From an uncultured virus (IMG/VR IMGVR_UViG_3300020183_000052) (Duplodnaviria > Heunggongvirae > Uroviricota > Caudoviricetes), in the IMG/VR virus record IMGVR_UViG_3300020183_000052, positions 1 to 64,000 of that record: a stretch of DNA of 64,000 nucleotides; one strand, written 5' to 3'. The position numbers and the translations under genes were made by a program. Positions 47,480-55,860 of this stretch are shown here, piece after piece (the stretch's first letter is position 1; each line of letters starts with the position of its first letter). The notes below the pieces were generated by a model. It searched no databases, was not told the origin of the DNA, and worked only from the letters and a program-made list of their open reading frames with translations.

Positions 47480-48287
47480 TTTATGTGTGGTCAACCACAA
47501 TACTAGACCTCAGCTGCAGAGACTTTTGGACACTCTGCATCACGATGCTGTAAGTCCAAATGGCGCGCTCAAAAAAAATTGGAACTTGTTTATAACCGAC
47601 AATAATTCTACGGACGATTTTATACCATGGATAAGGGAGAACGAACAAAGATACGCTATAGATAGAATGTATCTAAGAAAAAACATAGGTTACTCAGCAG
47701 CAGCAAATATGATGGCTCACTCTTCTAGATCTGAAATAATTGGAATTTTAAATGGGGACATTTGGATGACTACAGAAGACTGTAGAAAAATACAAAAAAT
47801 ATTTCAAGAAAATGAAGATATTCATATCTTAGGTCCCAAGCAAAGAGATGAAAACAGTTTAATAACACACGCTGGAATAGTTGGAACAAATACCGCTCCA
47901 AAACATAGGGGATGGAGAGAATTTGATTTAGAAGATGAGCTATATAGAGATCAAATAGAATGTGTAACAGTATCCGGATCCGCCTATTTTGTCAGAAGAG
48001 ACGTTTGGAATGCCCTAACTTCAAATTCAAAGTATCAACAAATATATCCAAACGCAGTAGGCGCATTTCTTCCAACGCCACACTATTATGAAGAGACTTG
48101 GTGTTCATATTTTGCCAGACATTTAGGGTATAATGTAGTTTATGACGGATCTATATCAATAGGCCATAGTTGGCACGCGTCAAGCCCAAAACCTGGAGAA
48201 GGAATTAGTCACGTAGACAAATACTTTCCTATGTCTAGGGAAATTTTTAGAAAAGCGTGCGACCATTTCGGAATAGAAAGAGATTAA
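47472..48287 (+). CDS. Glycosyltransferase family 2
   Basis: VVNHN, ITDNNSTD, NIGYSAAAN, LNGD, VSGSAYFVRR, YYEET motifs. Confidence 0.85.
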   Translation: MIDLCVVNHNTRPQLQRLLDTLHHDAVSPNGALKKNWNLFITDNNSTDDFIPWIRENEQRYAIDRMYLRKNIGYSAAANMMAHSSRSEIIGILNGDIWMTTEDCRKIQKIFQENEDIHILGPKQRDENSLITHAGIVGTNTAPKHRGWREFDLEDELYRDQIECVTVSGSAYFVRRDVWNALTSNSKYQQIYPNAVGAFLPTPHYYEETWCSYFARHLGYNVVYDGSISIGHSWHASSPKPGEGISHVDKYFPMSREIFRKACDHFGIERD

Positions 48288-48289
48288 TT

Positions 48290-48691
48290 ATGAGTGATAA
48301 ATTAAATCCATGGATTTATAATGCAGAAGTAAAAAAAGTTGTTGATGGCGATACATTTGATATTGTTATTGACCTTGGTTTTGACACACTAAGAAAAGGT
48401 AGGGTGCGCTTATATGGGGTAAATGCTCCCGAGAGCAGAACTTCTAATATAGAGGAAAAAAAACGAGGTTTAGCTGCAAAAGAGTTTACTGATCAGTGGC
48501 TGCAAAAAGCTGGTAACTGGGTAAAAATAGAAACAATTATTGACAAAAACGAAAAGTATGGACGAGTTCTTGCAAAAGTTTGGGATAATAATGGGAATTG
48601 TTTAAATACAGATATAGTTGCAGCTGGACTTGCAAAAGAATATTACGGTGTTGGCGATAAAACATGGACAGAGTTTAAGAAAGACAAATAG
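48290..48691 (+). CDS. Thermonuclease (SNase-like)
   Basis: VVDGDT, RVRLYGVNAPE, KYGRVLA, LN..IV..GLA. Confidence 0.88.
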   Translation: MSDKLNPWIYNAEVKKVVDGDTFDIVIDLGFDTLRKGRVRLYGVNAPESRTSNIEEKKRGLAAKEFTDQWLQKAGNWVKIETIIDKNEKYGRVLAKVWDNNGNCLNTDIVAAGLAKEYYGVGDKTWTEFKKDK

Positions 48692-48698
48692 TGCAGGT

Positions 48699-49103
48699 AT
48701 GGCTATTTCTGTTTACTTAGCTGGAGCTATGGATCATGTTGGAGACTACGCCATAGGATGGCGCGAATCCGCATCAAAAGCCTTATCGTTTTTGGGCTAC
48801 AAGGTCTATGATCCAACCTCCATCCCAGAAGATCCTGAGATGACCGCTGATGAAATTGTTCAAAAAAATTTATTTATGCAAAAAAAATCAGACTTAATGC
48901 TGGTAGAATACATGCTAGAAGATAGGGCATATATAGGAACTGACTTTGAAATGGCTTGGGCGAAAATGAACAATCAACCAAGTATAATTATGTGTTCTAA
49001 TCAGAATAAAAATCGACCATATATGAAATATATGGCCACAAAGCTTGCAGACAATCTGCAAGATGCTATAGAATATATAGCAGTTCATTATCCAACAGAA
49101 TAA
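48699..49103 (+). CDS. Nucleoside 2-deoxyribosyltransferase-like protein
   Basis: VYLAGAM..WRE, YDP, SD..LV, GTDFEMAWA motifs. Confidence 0.75.
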   Translation: MAISVYLAGAMDHVGDYAIGWRESASKALSFLGYKVYDPTSIPEDPEMTADEIVQKNLFMQKKSDLMLVEYMLEDRAYIGTDFEMAWAKMNNQPSIIMCSNQNKNRPYMKYMATKLADNLQDAIEYIAVHYPTE

Positions 49104-49117
49104 AAAGGAAAAACAAA

Positions 49118-49309
49118 ATGTCAGAAAACAAGTTCAAGTACTTTGCAGTTACTACGACTACACTAGTAAAGGCAAATAATAAGGCTGAGGCGCAGAAGGT
49201 GGCCATGGGCCGTCGTAACGTTGATGGCGAACTTCTTTTTAAGTCAACAGATATTGAGAGAATCTCTTCTGTTGAAGCGAGAGAGCAGATTGAAGAGCTT
49301 ACAGCCTGA
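49118..49309 (+). CDS. Small protein (63 aa) similar to the N-terminus of the 20413 phosphoesterase
   Basis: AAGGA RBS; followed by a strong hairpin. Confidence 0.7.
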   Translation: MSENKFKYFAVTTTTLVKANNKAEAQKVAMGRRNVDGELLFKSTDIERISSVEAREQIEELTA

Positions 49310-49324
49310 TAAACTTGCAATGTT

Positions 49325-49361
49325 TAACGGGGGTAAGCTGTTATTCGGCTTACCCCCGTTA
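49325..49361 (+). terminator. Strong stem-loop (terminator-like, no U-tract)
   Basis: TAACGGGGGTAAGCTG-ttatt-CGGCTTACCCCCGTTA, a 16-bp stem. Confidence 0.65.
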
Positions 49362-49377
49362 GATTATGGGAGATAAT

Positions 49378-50073
49378 ATGATAATTGCACAAATGGTCGG
49401 TAAAAATGAATCACAAAGATTTTTGCATGACGTTCTAGAAAGACTATCTCAACAGGTTGACAAAATTGTATTTACAGATGACTGCTCCGATGACAACACG
49501 TCAGAAATAGCCGCCAAGTACGCAGAAGTATTCAGTACAAGCGAAAGCCTATTTGCCAAGCATGAGGGTCATCTCAGATCTGTTGCGTGGAGTAATCTTG
49601 AAAAGGTAGCAAAGCAAAATGACTGGATTGTTGCAATAGATTGCGACGAAATGCTATTCCACGAAGATGGTCTGTCTTTAAGAAATGTTCTAAAGCAGTC
49701 GGCATATGACGTTGTCAACGTCAGGTTTTACCACATGTGGAACCCTACTCAATATAGGGTTGATAAGCTTTGGACACCAAACAATAGTTCTAGAATATTT
49801 AGGTTTCAATCAGGTGGAACATTCTTTGACCGCAAACTTGCCTGCGGATCAGAGCCTACTTATGTTGTTGATATGATTAGAAGAAAAAATTATTGGATTC
49901 ATTCAGATCTGAAAATGAAACATTTAGGATATGTTAAAGATGAAGACAAGACAGCTAAATATGAAAGATACATGTCGATAGACAAAGGCGAGTTTCACAA
50001 TATTCAACATATAGAATCTATAATTGACCCTAACCCTGTACTAATGAATTGGAACACTAATGAAAACCTATGA
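49378..50073 (+). CDS. Glycosyltransferase family 2
   Basis: KNE..FL, DDCSDDNT, WIVAIDCDE (DxD), KHLGY motifs. Confidence 0.85.
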   Translation: MIIAQMVGKNESQRFLHDVLERLSQQVDKIVFTDDCSDDNTSEIAAKYAEVFSTSESLFAKHEGHLRSVAWSNLEKVAKQNDWIVAIDCDEMLFHEDGLSLRNVLKQSAYDVVNVRFYHMWNPTQYRVDKLWTPNNSSRIFRFQSGGTFFDRKLACGSEPTYVVDMIRRKNYWIHSDLKMKHLGYVKDEDKTAKYERYMSIDKGEFHNIQHIESIIDPNPVLMNWNTNENL

Positions 50074-50710
50074 TACAAAACAAACTATAATAAAAGTAAC
50101 AGAACTTTTAGAAAGAAAAAAAAGATTTGCTTTTGTCACATATACTAGATCATCTTTTTTTTCTGTATTTAATGATATTAAAGGAGAAAAAAAACCACCA
50201 AGAAACTTTGTTCAATCAATGGCAAACAGTTTAAATATACAGGATTCAAATTATTGTGCAGCTGCTCAGTTAGAGTTTATTGATTCTCATAGAAATAAAC
50301 TTAATAAAGCTGGACTGTCAAACAAAAATTTTTATGACTCGGCTTTTTTAGAAAATTATATATATGAAAATAAAGATGTATTTAAAATTTTCATGAATTA
50401 TTATATCAAAAATACAAATGTTTTAGTTGTTTCTTTTCAAAGTATATCAAATATAGGAAAATTCTTTTCAAAAGATTCTGCTTTCATTACAGTTCCCTAC
50501 AATGATTTTTATGACAAGTTAGACTCAGTTATCGCTCAAATAACAGAATTCACCAATGAATATGATTTAGCAGTGCTGGACTGTCCTATGTTTGGCTCAG
50601 CACTTGCTTCAAAAATATGGGAGAAAACTGATATGTCCATATTAGATATGGGCAAAACTTTAACGGTTGCCAGAGCTGCAGATAAAATAAACAGAATAAG
50701 AAGCAGTTAG
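50060..50710 (+). CDS. Possible GT-D-fold-like glycosyltransferase
   Basis: Overlaps the GT2 gene; layout (FAFVTY.RS N-terminus; IWE....SILDMG C-terminus) recalls the DUF1792/GT-D family. Confidence 0.4.
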   Translation: MKTYDTKQTIIKVTELLERKKRFAFVTYTRSSFFSVFNDIKGEKKPPRNFVQSMANSLNIQDSNYCAAAQLEFIDSHRNKLNKAGLSNKNFYDSAFLENYIYENKDVFKIFMNYYIKNTNVLVVSFQSISNIGKFFSKDSAFITVPYNDFYDKLDSVIAQITEFTNEYDLAVLDCPMFGSALASKIWEKTDMSILDMGKTLTVARAADKINRIRSS

Positions 50711-50712
50711 AC

Positions 50713-51354
50713 ATGAAAAAGTGGGGGATAGATCAAGATGATGATGAGTTTCTCACAGATATGTTGTTTGAAACTGGTATGCCTATATCTGAAATAGCAA
50801 AAGAATTAAACTTTACAACTGCGTACGTAAATAAAAGAATTAATCAACTTGGCCTTTCGTGGGTTAAAGATCAGCGTAAAAAGATGTCCAAGGGTCAATC
50901 TATACTCACCTCTGTAATGCGCAAGCTTTTACCGGGGGAAAAAATCCTTAACGAGTTTCACATAGGAGATAGGCTAAAGCTTGATGTCTATTGCCCACGC
51001 TATAAAATAGCAGCAGAATATCACGGTAGGCAACATTTTTATTATACTCAAAGATTTTTTGATTCTAAATATGAATTTGAGCAGGCAAAAATAAGAGATA
51101 ATAAAAAAGCTCAGATGTGCGCAGAACTTGGAATAGCATTAATAATTTTTAGATACAACGATTCATTAACGGAAGCGTCAATTTATGATAGAATTATAGA
51201 AGCCATAAGACAGTCAAACGTTCCTGCGGAACCAAAAAATAAAAAAACCATAAAAGATAATCCTTTGTATGGTCCAGCAAAAAAGAAAAACGCAGAGCAG
51301 CGTAAAAAATATTATCATAAAATGAAAGAAAACAAGAAGAATGACAGACACTAA
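50713..51354 (+). CDS. HTH plus PD-(D/E)XK/Vsr-like endonuclease-domain protein
   Basis: N-terminal ISEIAKELN HTH; LKLDVY....IAAEYHGRQHF..RD..K...C...GI.L. Confidence 0.7.
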   Translation: MKKWGIDQDDDEFLTDMLFETGMPISEIAKELNFTTAYVNKRINQLGLSWVKDQRKKMSKGQSILTSVMRKLLPGEKILNEFHIGDRLKLDVYCPRYKIAAEYHGRQHFYYTQRFFDSKYEFEQAKIRDNKKAQMCAELGIALIIFRYNDSLTEASIYDRIIEAIRQSNVPAEPKNKKTIKDNPLYGPAKKKNAEQRKKYYHKMKENKKNDRH

Positions 51355-52813
51355 GGCTAGTGAGGCGCCTGCAGAAAAAGAAATGCCGCTAGAATATCAA
51401 ATATTTGCCCTTTCTTTGAGGCAAAAGGGGGCAATTGAGTATTTTGATGCATTCTTGCCAGAAGATATTGTGGGCACTATACATGGGCACACTGGCATTA
51501 ATGAATTTTATAGGGCTATACTTGCATATCGTCATGCAACAAAGTTGGATATTGTTGATCCAGTTGCATTTAGGGTTTGGTTAGACTCTGAAACAGATAT
51601 ATATTTAGCCCTGGGTGGTGTCTCTGGCGTTGATACAATGATGGACATTTTGATGTCTTTAACTTTGTCAACGCCAGAATCTATTACAAAAATAATAAAA
51701 CACAAAGCTAATAAAAGAAAACAATTAGATTATTTACAGGAACTTCAAATACTTATAACTCAAAAGGGGGAAAAGGATGCTAAGGATCTTGCAAGAATAT
51801 CTTTAGTGACTTCCGAAATAAAAGATTTAGAAAATGAATTAAATTATAATCCTTTAGATAATGTGACGACAGCAGATGACATTGCAAGGCGCGCAGAGGA
51901 TCTTTTACAGATACCAGATTTTTTACCTACGCAATACAAGTCTTTAAATAGAGCAATGGGCTATACTGATGAGGGTGGATTTTTTAAAGGCGCAGTGCAC
52001 GCCATAATCGCTGCTTCCGGAAAGGGTAAGAGCACTTTTGCCAAATGCCTAGTCAACAACTGGGCAGACTGCGGTTATAAAGTTCTATATGTAAATTTTG
52101 AAGAAGCTGTATCTCACTGGGAAAGAGTTTTAATGACTCAAATAATAGGAAAGAATGTTTACGCTGAGTCAGCGAAATGGACGGAAGAAGAAAAGAAAAA
52201 GTATATATCTATATTTAGAGACAGACTAGATAAGTGGGGGAATAGGTTCATGGTTCGCCATGATCCAGAAACACCTTACTTTGAGGACTTAGAGAGGTGG
52301 CTGAGAGATATTACCGGAGATACAGACAGAATGCCAGATGTAGTTGTTATAGACACTATTCAGTCCATGTTTACTAGAGGGGGTAAGGGGAAACCAAGAT
52401 GGGGTGAGTTTGAGGAAATGATGGTTAGGCTAGAAAAACTTGCGAGAGATATGAATTGTGTTTTAATTATCACTGCTCAAGAAAATTCAAATCGAATGAA
52501 AGAAAAGAGAGAAGTGGTACAGCAGTCAGACACCGGAGGCTCACTCGCCATACAGCAGAAGTGCGCCGTCACAATTTTTATTACTGAGAAAAAATTAATT
52601 AGTGGAGACGACTCAGAGGACGACAGCATCATGCAGCTTCAAATTCCTAAAAACAGAATTACTGGCTCTACTTTTGTTTATGATTCTCCTTTGGTGAAAT
52701 ATGTAGATGAAAACAAAACTTATGAAGAATACGAAGCAATAACAAAAAAAGATTACGAGCACGAAAGTGATTTTGATTTTCGCGAACTAGCAGACAGAAT
52801 GGTCATAATATAA
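51341..52813 (+). CDS. DnaB-like replicative helicase
   Basis: Walker A AASGKGKST, NFEE, Walker B VVVIDTIQ, LARDMNC..ITAQ.N, KNR. Confidence 0.85.
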   Translation: MTDTKASEAPAEKEMPLEYQIFALSLRQKGAIEYFDAFLPEDIVGTIHGHTGINEFYRAILAYRHATKLDIVDPVAFRVWLDSETDIYLALGGVSGVDTMMDILMSLTLSTPESITKIIKHKANKRKQLDYLQELQILITQKGEKDAKDLARISLVTSEIKDLENELNYNPLDNVTTADDIARRAEDLLQIPDFLPTQYKSLNRAMGYTDEGGFFKGAVHAIIAASGKGKSTFAKCLVNNWADCGYKVLYVNFEEAVSHWERVLMTQIIGKNVYAESAKWTEEEKKKYISIFRDRLDKWGNRFMVRHDPETPYFEDLERWLRDITGDTDRMPDVVVIDTIQSMFTRGGKGKPRWGEFEEMMVRLEKLARDMNCVLIITAQENSNRMKEKREVVQQSDTGGSLAIQQKCAVTIFITEKKLISGDDSEDDSIMQLQIPKNRITGSTFVYDSPLVKYVDENKTYEEYEAITKKDYEHESDFDFRELADRMVII

Positions 52814-52814
52814 A

Positions 52815-53609
52815 ATGCAAAGAGTAACATCAAAACAGCTAAAAGATTTTCAGATATGTGCAAGACTGTATGATTACAGACACGTAGATCAACTGCCCGA
52901 GAAAATATTGGGTAGGGATTTATATTCTCAAAAATTTGAAAATACTATAAAAAGTATAGTAAATTTTTATTTTTATAAAAAACAATCTGGAGCTGCTCCA
53001 TCCTACGCCTCGCTTCTTAATAGGTGGGAAAAGTTGTGGTATCCAAAAAATACGACAGCACAAGACATTGCCCAAGAGCAGCATGAAAGCGCCTACGGCA
53101 ATAATGCTAGCCTCACCACAAAGGCTGCAGCAGCTTTGTTGGGAGTGATAGAAAATTTTGCCGATACGGCAATCATACCAATGGCTATAGACGAAGATTT
53201 TTTTGTTTCAATAAATAATCCAATAACTATTTATGATAGTTTTGATTTGATATATAGTTTAAATGAAACAATATATGTTGTTAAGTGGGTATTTAATACT
53301 AAATTTAAAAAAGAATATTTATATACAACCGATTTTGCAATTTTAAATCTTGGATACTCAAATAGATATGGACAAAAAATTAAGAAAACCAAGTTTGGGT
53401 ATTACGATTTGTTAAATTCAAAAAGTAACTTTACAGAATTTGAAACAAAAAAAGAAGACATAGACGTTTTAAAAGCTTGGTGTAATCAATTAAAAGAAGA
53501 AAAGTTTTTTCTTCCCAAAAGAGGGATGATCTCCTACTGTGCGTCCTGCCCTTTTGATTCTCCATGTTCAAAATGGAATATTAATAAAGCACAAGAAAGC
53601 TCACGTTAA
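52815..53609 (+). CDS. PD-(D/E)XK (RecB/Cas4-like) fold protein, catalytic motif degenerate
   Basis: N-terminal FQICARLY and C-terminal CASCPFDSPC cysteines; FDLI..YVVKW in place of D..DYK. Confidence 0.6.
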   Translation: MQRVTSKQLKDFQICARLYDYRHVDQLPEKILGRDLYSQKFENTIKSIVNFYFYKKQSGAAPSYASLLNRWEKLWYPKNTTAQDIAQEQHESAYGNNASLTTKAAAALLGVIENFADTAIIPMAIDEDFFVSINNPITIYDSFDLIYSLNETIYVVKWVFNTKFKKEYLYTTDFAILNLGYSNRYGQKIKKTKFGYYDLLNSKSNFTEFETKKEDIDVLKAWCNQLKEEKFFLPKRGMISYCASCPFDSPCSKWNINKAQESSR

Positions 53610-53610
53610 A

Positions 53611-54291
53611 ATGGCAAAAAACATACTAGACGAAATACTTTTGGATAACAATAAGATTGTTCCAAAAAATGACGAAGATAAAATATTAAAACCTTTATTA
53701 GATGAAATAAATCTTATTGTTGACGAAGGCATAAAGTCTTTTGTCAGATCAATACTATTGAGGTCTAAATCTTTTTGGGTAATTCCCTCTAGTTTTTCTG
53801 GGAAGTATCATCCATCAGACGAGCACAACGAGGGTGGCAACGTGCTGCACACCAAAAGGGTTGTGCGCGCAGCAAAAATCATAAGTGAATCTTACTCTCT
53901 TCCTCAAGAGGATTTGGATATGATCATCGCCGCAGCCCTTTTGCATGATGTAACAAAGGGTATAAAAATAGATGGAGAAGATTCGTTTCATTACGATCCG
54001 ATGCATCCGTATACTGTTGGTAAACTAGTCAAACGATGCCAAGAAGAAGACAAAAAATATGCTTCAGAATCGGAGTCCTCGACCATATATCTGTCTGAAG
54101 ATGTAGTGCAAATAATCTTGAGAATGGTTAGGTGCCACCTGGGGCCATGGTCTCCTGTTCCGGAAACAATACCAATTACTTACATGGATATGATAGTTCA
54201 TCTGGCAGACAACCTGGCTTCTAAGGTACACTATATAGTTGACGGAGACAATATAATAGAAGATAGATGGAAAATAAATCGAGATGGATGA
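53611..54291 (+). CDS. HD-domain phosphohydrolase
   Basis: PSS..GKYH, GG..HT..V, ALLHD..K, H.G.W, VHLAD. Confidence 0.8.
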   Translation: MAKNILDEILLDNNKIVPKNDEDKILKPLLDEINLIVDEGIKSFVRSILLRSKSFWVIPSSFSGKYHPSDEHNEGGNVLHTKRVVRAAKIISESYSLPQEDLDMIIAAALLHDVTKGIKIDGEDSFHYDPMHPYTVGKLVKRCQEEDKKYASESESSTIYLSEDVVQIILRMVRCHLGPWSPVPETIPITYMDMIVHLADNLASKVHYIVDGDNIIEDRWKINRDG

Positions 54292-54460
54292 AGTAGACGA
54301 ACGTTTGTTAAAAAGATTTACTGCCATCAAAAAAATGGACTATTATATAGAGGAATCTATATACTATAGAACTCACTTTTCTAATTTAATAGGTCTTTCA
54401 AAAAATATTTTATGGAGTTCTGAAAAAAACATAAACACAGTTAAATTATATGAAGATTAA
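54284..54460 (+). CDS. Hypothetical protein (58 aa; not in ORF track)
   Basis: MDEVDERLLKRF...; overlaps both neighbours and fills the gap. Confidence 0.5.
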   Translation: MDEVDERLLKRFTAIKKMDYYIEESIYYRTHFSNLIGLSKNILWSSEKNINTVKLYED

Positions 54461-55664
54461 TTTAGAGCAAAACAAATTTCTTTCTCAATGGAAATACTAT
54501 GAGGTCGCGAGGTATGTGAGTTCTTTAAACAGGGTCATTAGAGATAAGCAAAACGGAATGCCTCTCATACTTGAATCGCATGAGATCGAAAATTATTCTG
54601 CAAAGAATGATAATACAGGGATTTATACTTCTGTTTTTGCGTACAATTCAATAGATTTAGATAAAGCATTAAGGTTTGGTCCTCTCTATTTTGACCTTGA
54701 CAGCGAAAACATTAACCTAGCTTTTGATGAATGTAAGAAATTATTTGAATACCTTGTGCAGTTTATTCCAAAGTCATCTATTTTGGTTTATTTTACTGGG
54801 AAAAAAGGGTTTCACATAGAATGTGAGCCGATATCTTTGGGCATTAATCCATCTAATCAATTGGCTAAAATTTATAGATTTATTGCAGGTGATATGAAAG
54901 ATAAGTTAAATCTTTCTACAATTGATTTTTCAGTTTACGATCAAAGAAGGATGTGGAGATATCCAAACTCAAAGCATCAATCAACTGGTCTGTATAAAGT
55001 TCTGTTAAATCCGTACCAGTTGAAAAATTATATACATTGCGACATTGCAGAAGTTTTAGATTACGCTAAGCACAAGCAAAATATATCCGTATGCGAACAA
55101 AGCTTTGACTATAAAGCCAATGAATGGTACAGGCAGTATTCTTATGAAATGGAAGAAAGCTTAAAGAAAAAGGATGATCCATTAGAGTACTTCAACAAGT
55201 ATGGATCAAAAGTTTTTAGGGAAGTGCAAGAGTCGACTAGGTGTTTTGACAAGATCAATTTGATGTCCAAGTGTCCAGCTATTCAAAGGCTGTACAATCA
55301 GGCTGTTGAAAATCATAACTTGGAGCATGAGGCTAGGTTGTTTTTGTGCTCAATATTGACCTATACCGAAGACTCAATTAAATTCCTGCACGAAATACTA
55401 AGTAATTGTTATGATTATAATTTTGAAAAATCGTCTGCGCATATAAATGATTGGATAAAAAGAAGGAATATGGGCATAGGAGGAAGACCATATACTTGTG
55501 ATAGAGCTAATTCAGCTGGCGTTGGATGCGGAAGCTGTGCTTTAGAGGCTAAAAATAAATGGGTCAAGGTTGGCAATCGCTTTGTGGAAACAAGCGAAAA
55601 GTCTTTACCTTCTCCATTTAGATTTGCGTACAAAAACATAAAAAAGGAAAAAGAAAATGGTTAA
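54450..55664 (+). CDS. Archaeo-eukaryotic primase (AEP) with C-terminal PriL-like Cys/Fe-S domain
   Basis: LYFDLD, FTGKKGFHI, RMWRYPNS motifs; C-terminal CPAI..LEHEARLFL..PYTC..C..C. Confidence 0.75.
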   Translation: MKINLEQNKFLSQWKYYEVARYVSSLNRVIRDKQNGMPLILESHEIENYSAKNDNTGIYTSVFAYNSIDLDKALRFGPLYFDLDSENINLAFDECKKLFEYLVQFIPKSSILVYFTGKKGFHIECEPISLGINPSNQLAKIYRFIAGDMKDKLNLSTIDFSVYDQRRMWRYPNSKHQSTGLYKVLLNPYQLKNYIHCDIAEVLDYAKHKQNISVCEQSFDYKANEWYRQYSYEMEESLKKKDDPLEYFNKYGSKVFREVQESTRCFDKINLMSKCPAIQRLYNQAVENHNLEHEARLFLCSILTYTEDSIKFLHEILSNCYDYNFEKSSAHINDWIKRRNMGIGGRPYTCDRANSAGVGCGSCALEAKNKWVKVGNRFVETSEKSLPSPFRFAYKNIKKEKENG

Positions 55665-55860
55665 CAATCCAGATGATGTTATAGGCGTGTGCTCAGAATG
55701 TAAGTCTGATCAGCCAATGTCCTATATGGAAAGAAATCCTTTTGCTCATGAGGGATCTGCTGTGCCGTGTAAATATTGCGGCGGAGTAGTTATAATAACT
55801 TATAGAGAAACAAGAGATAATTCCTTGAATCAATCTGATAGAGAACGAGGAGTTGGGTGA
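55657..55860 (+). CDS. Small zinc-ribbon protein
   Basis: CSEC...CKYC; AAGGA RBS. Confidence 0.65.
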   Translation: MVNNPDDVIGVCSECKSDQPMSYMERNPFAHEGSAVPCKYCGGVVIITYRETRDNSLNQSDRERGVG

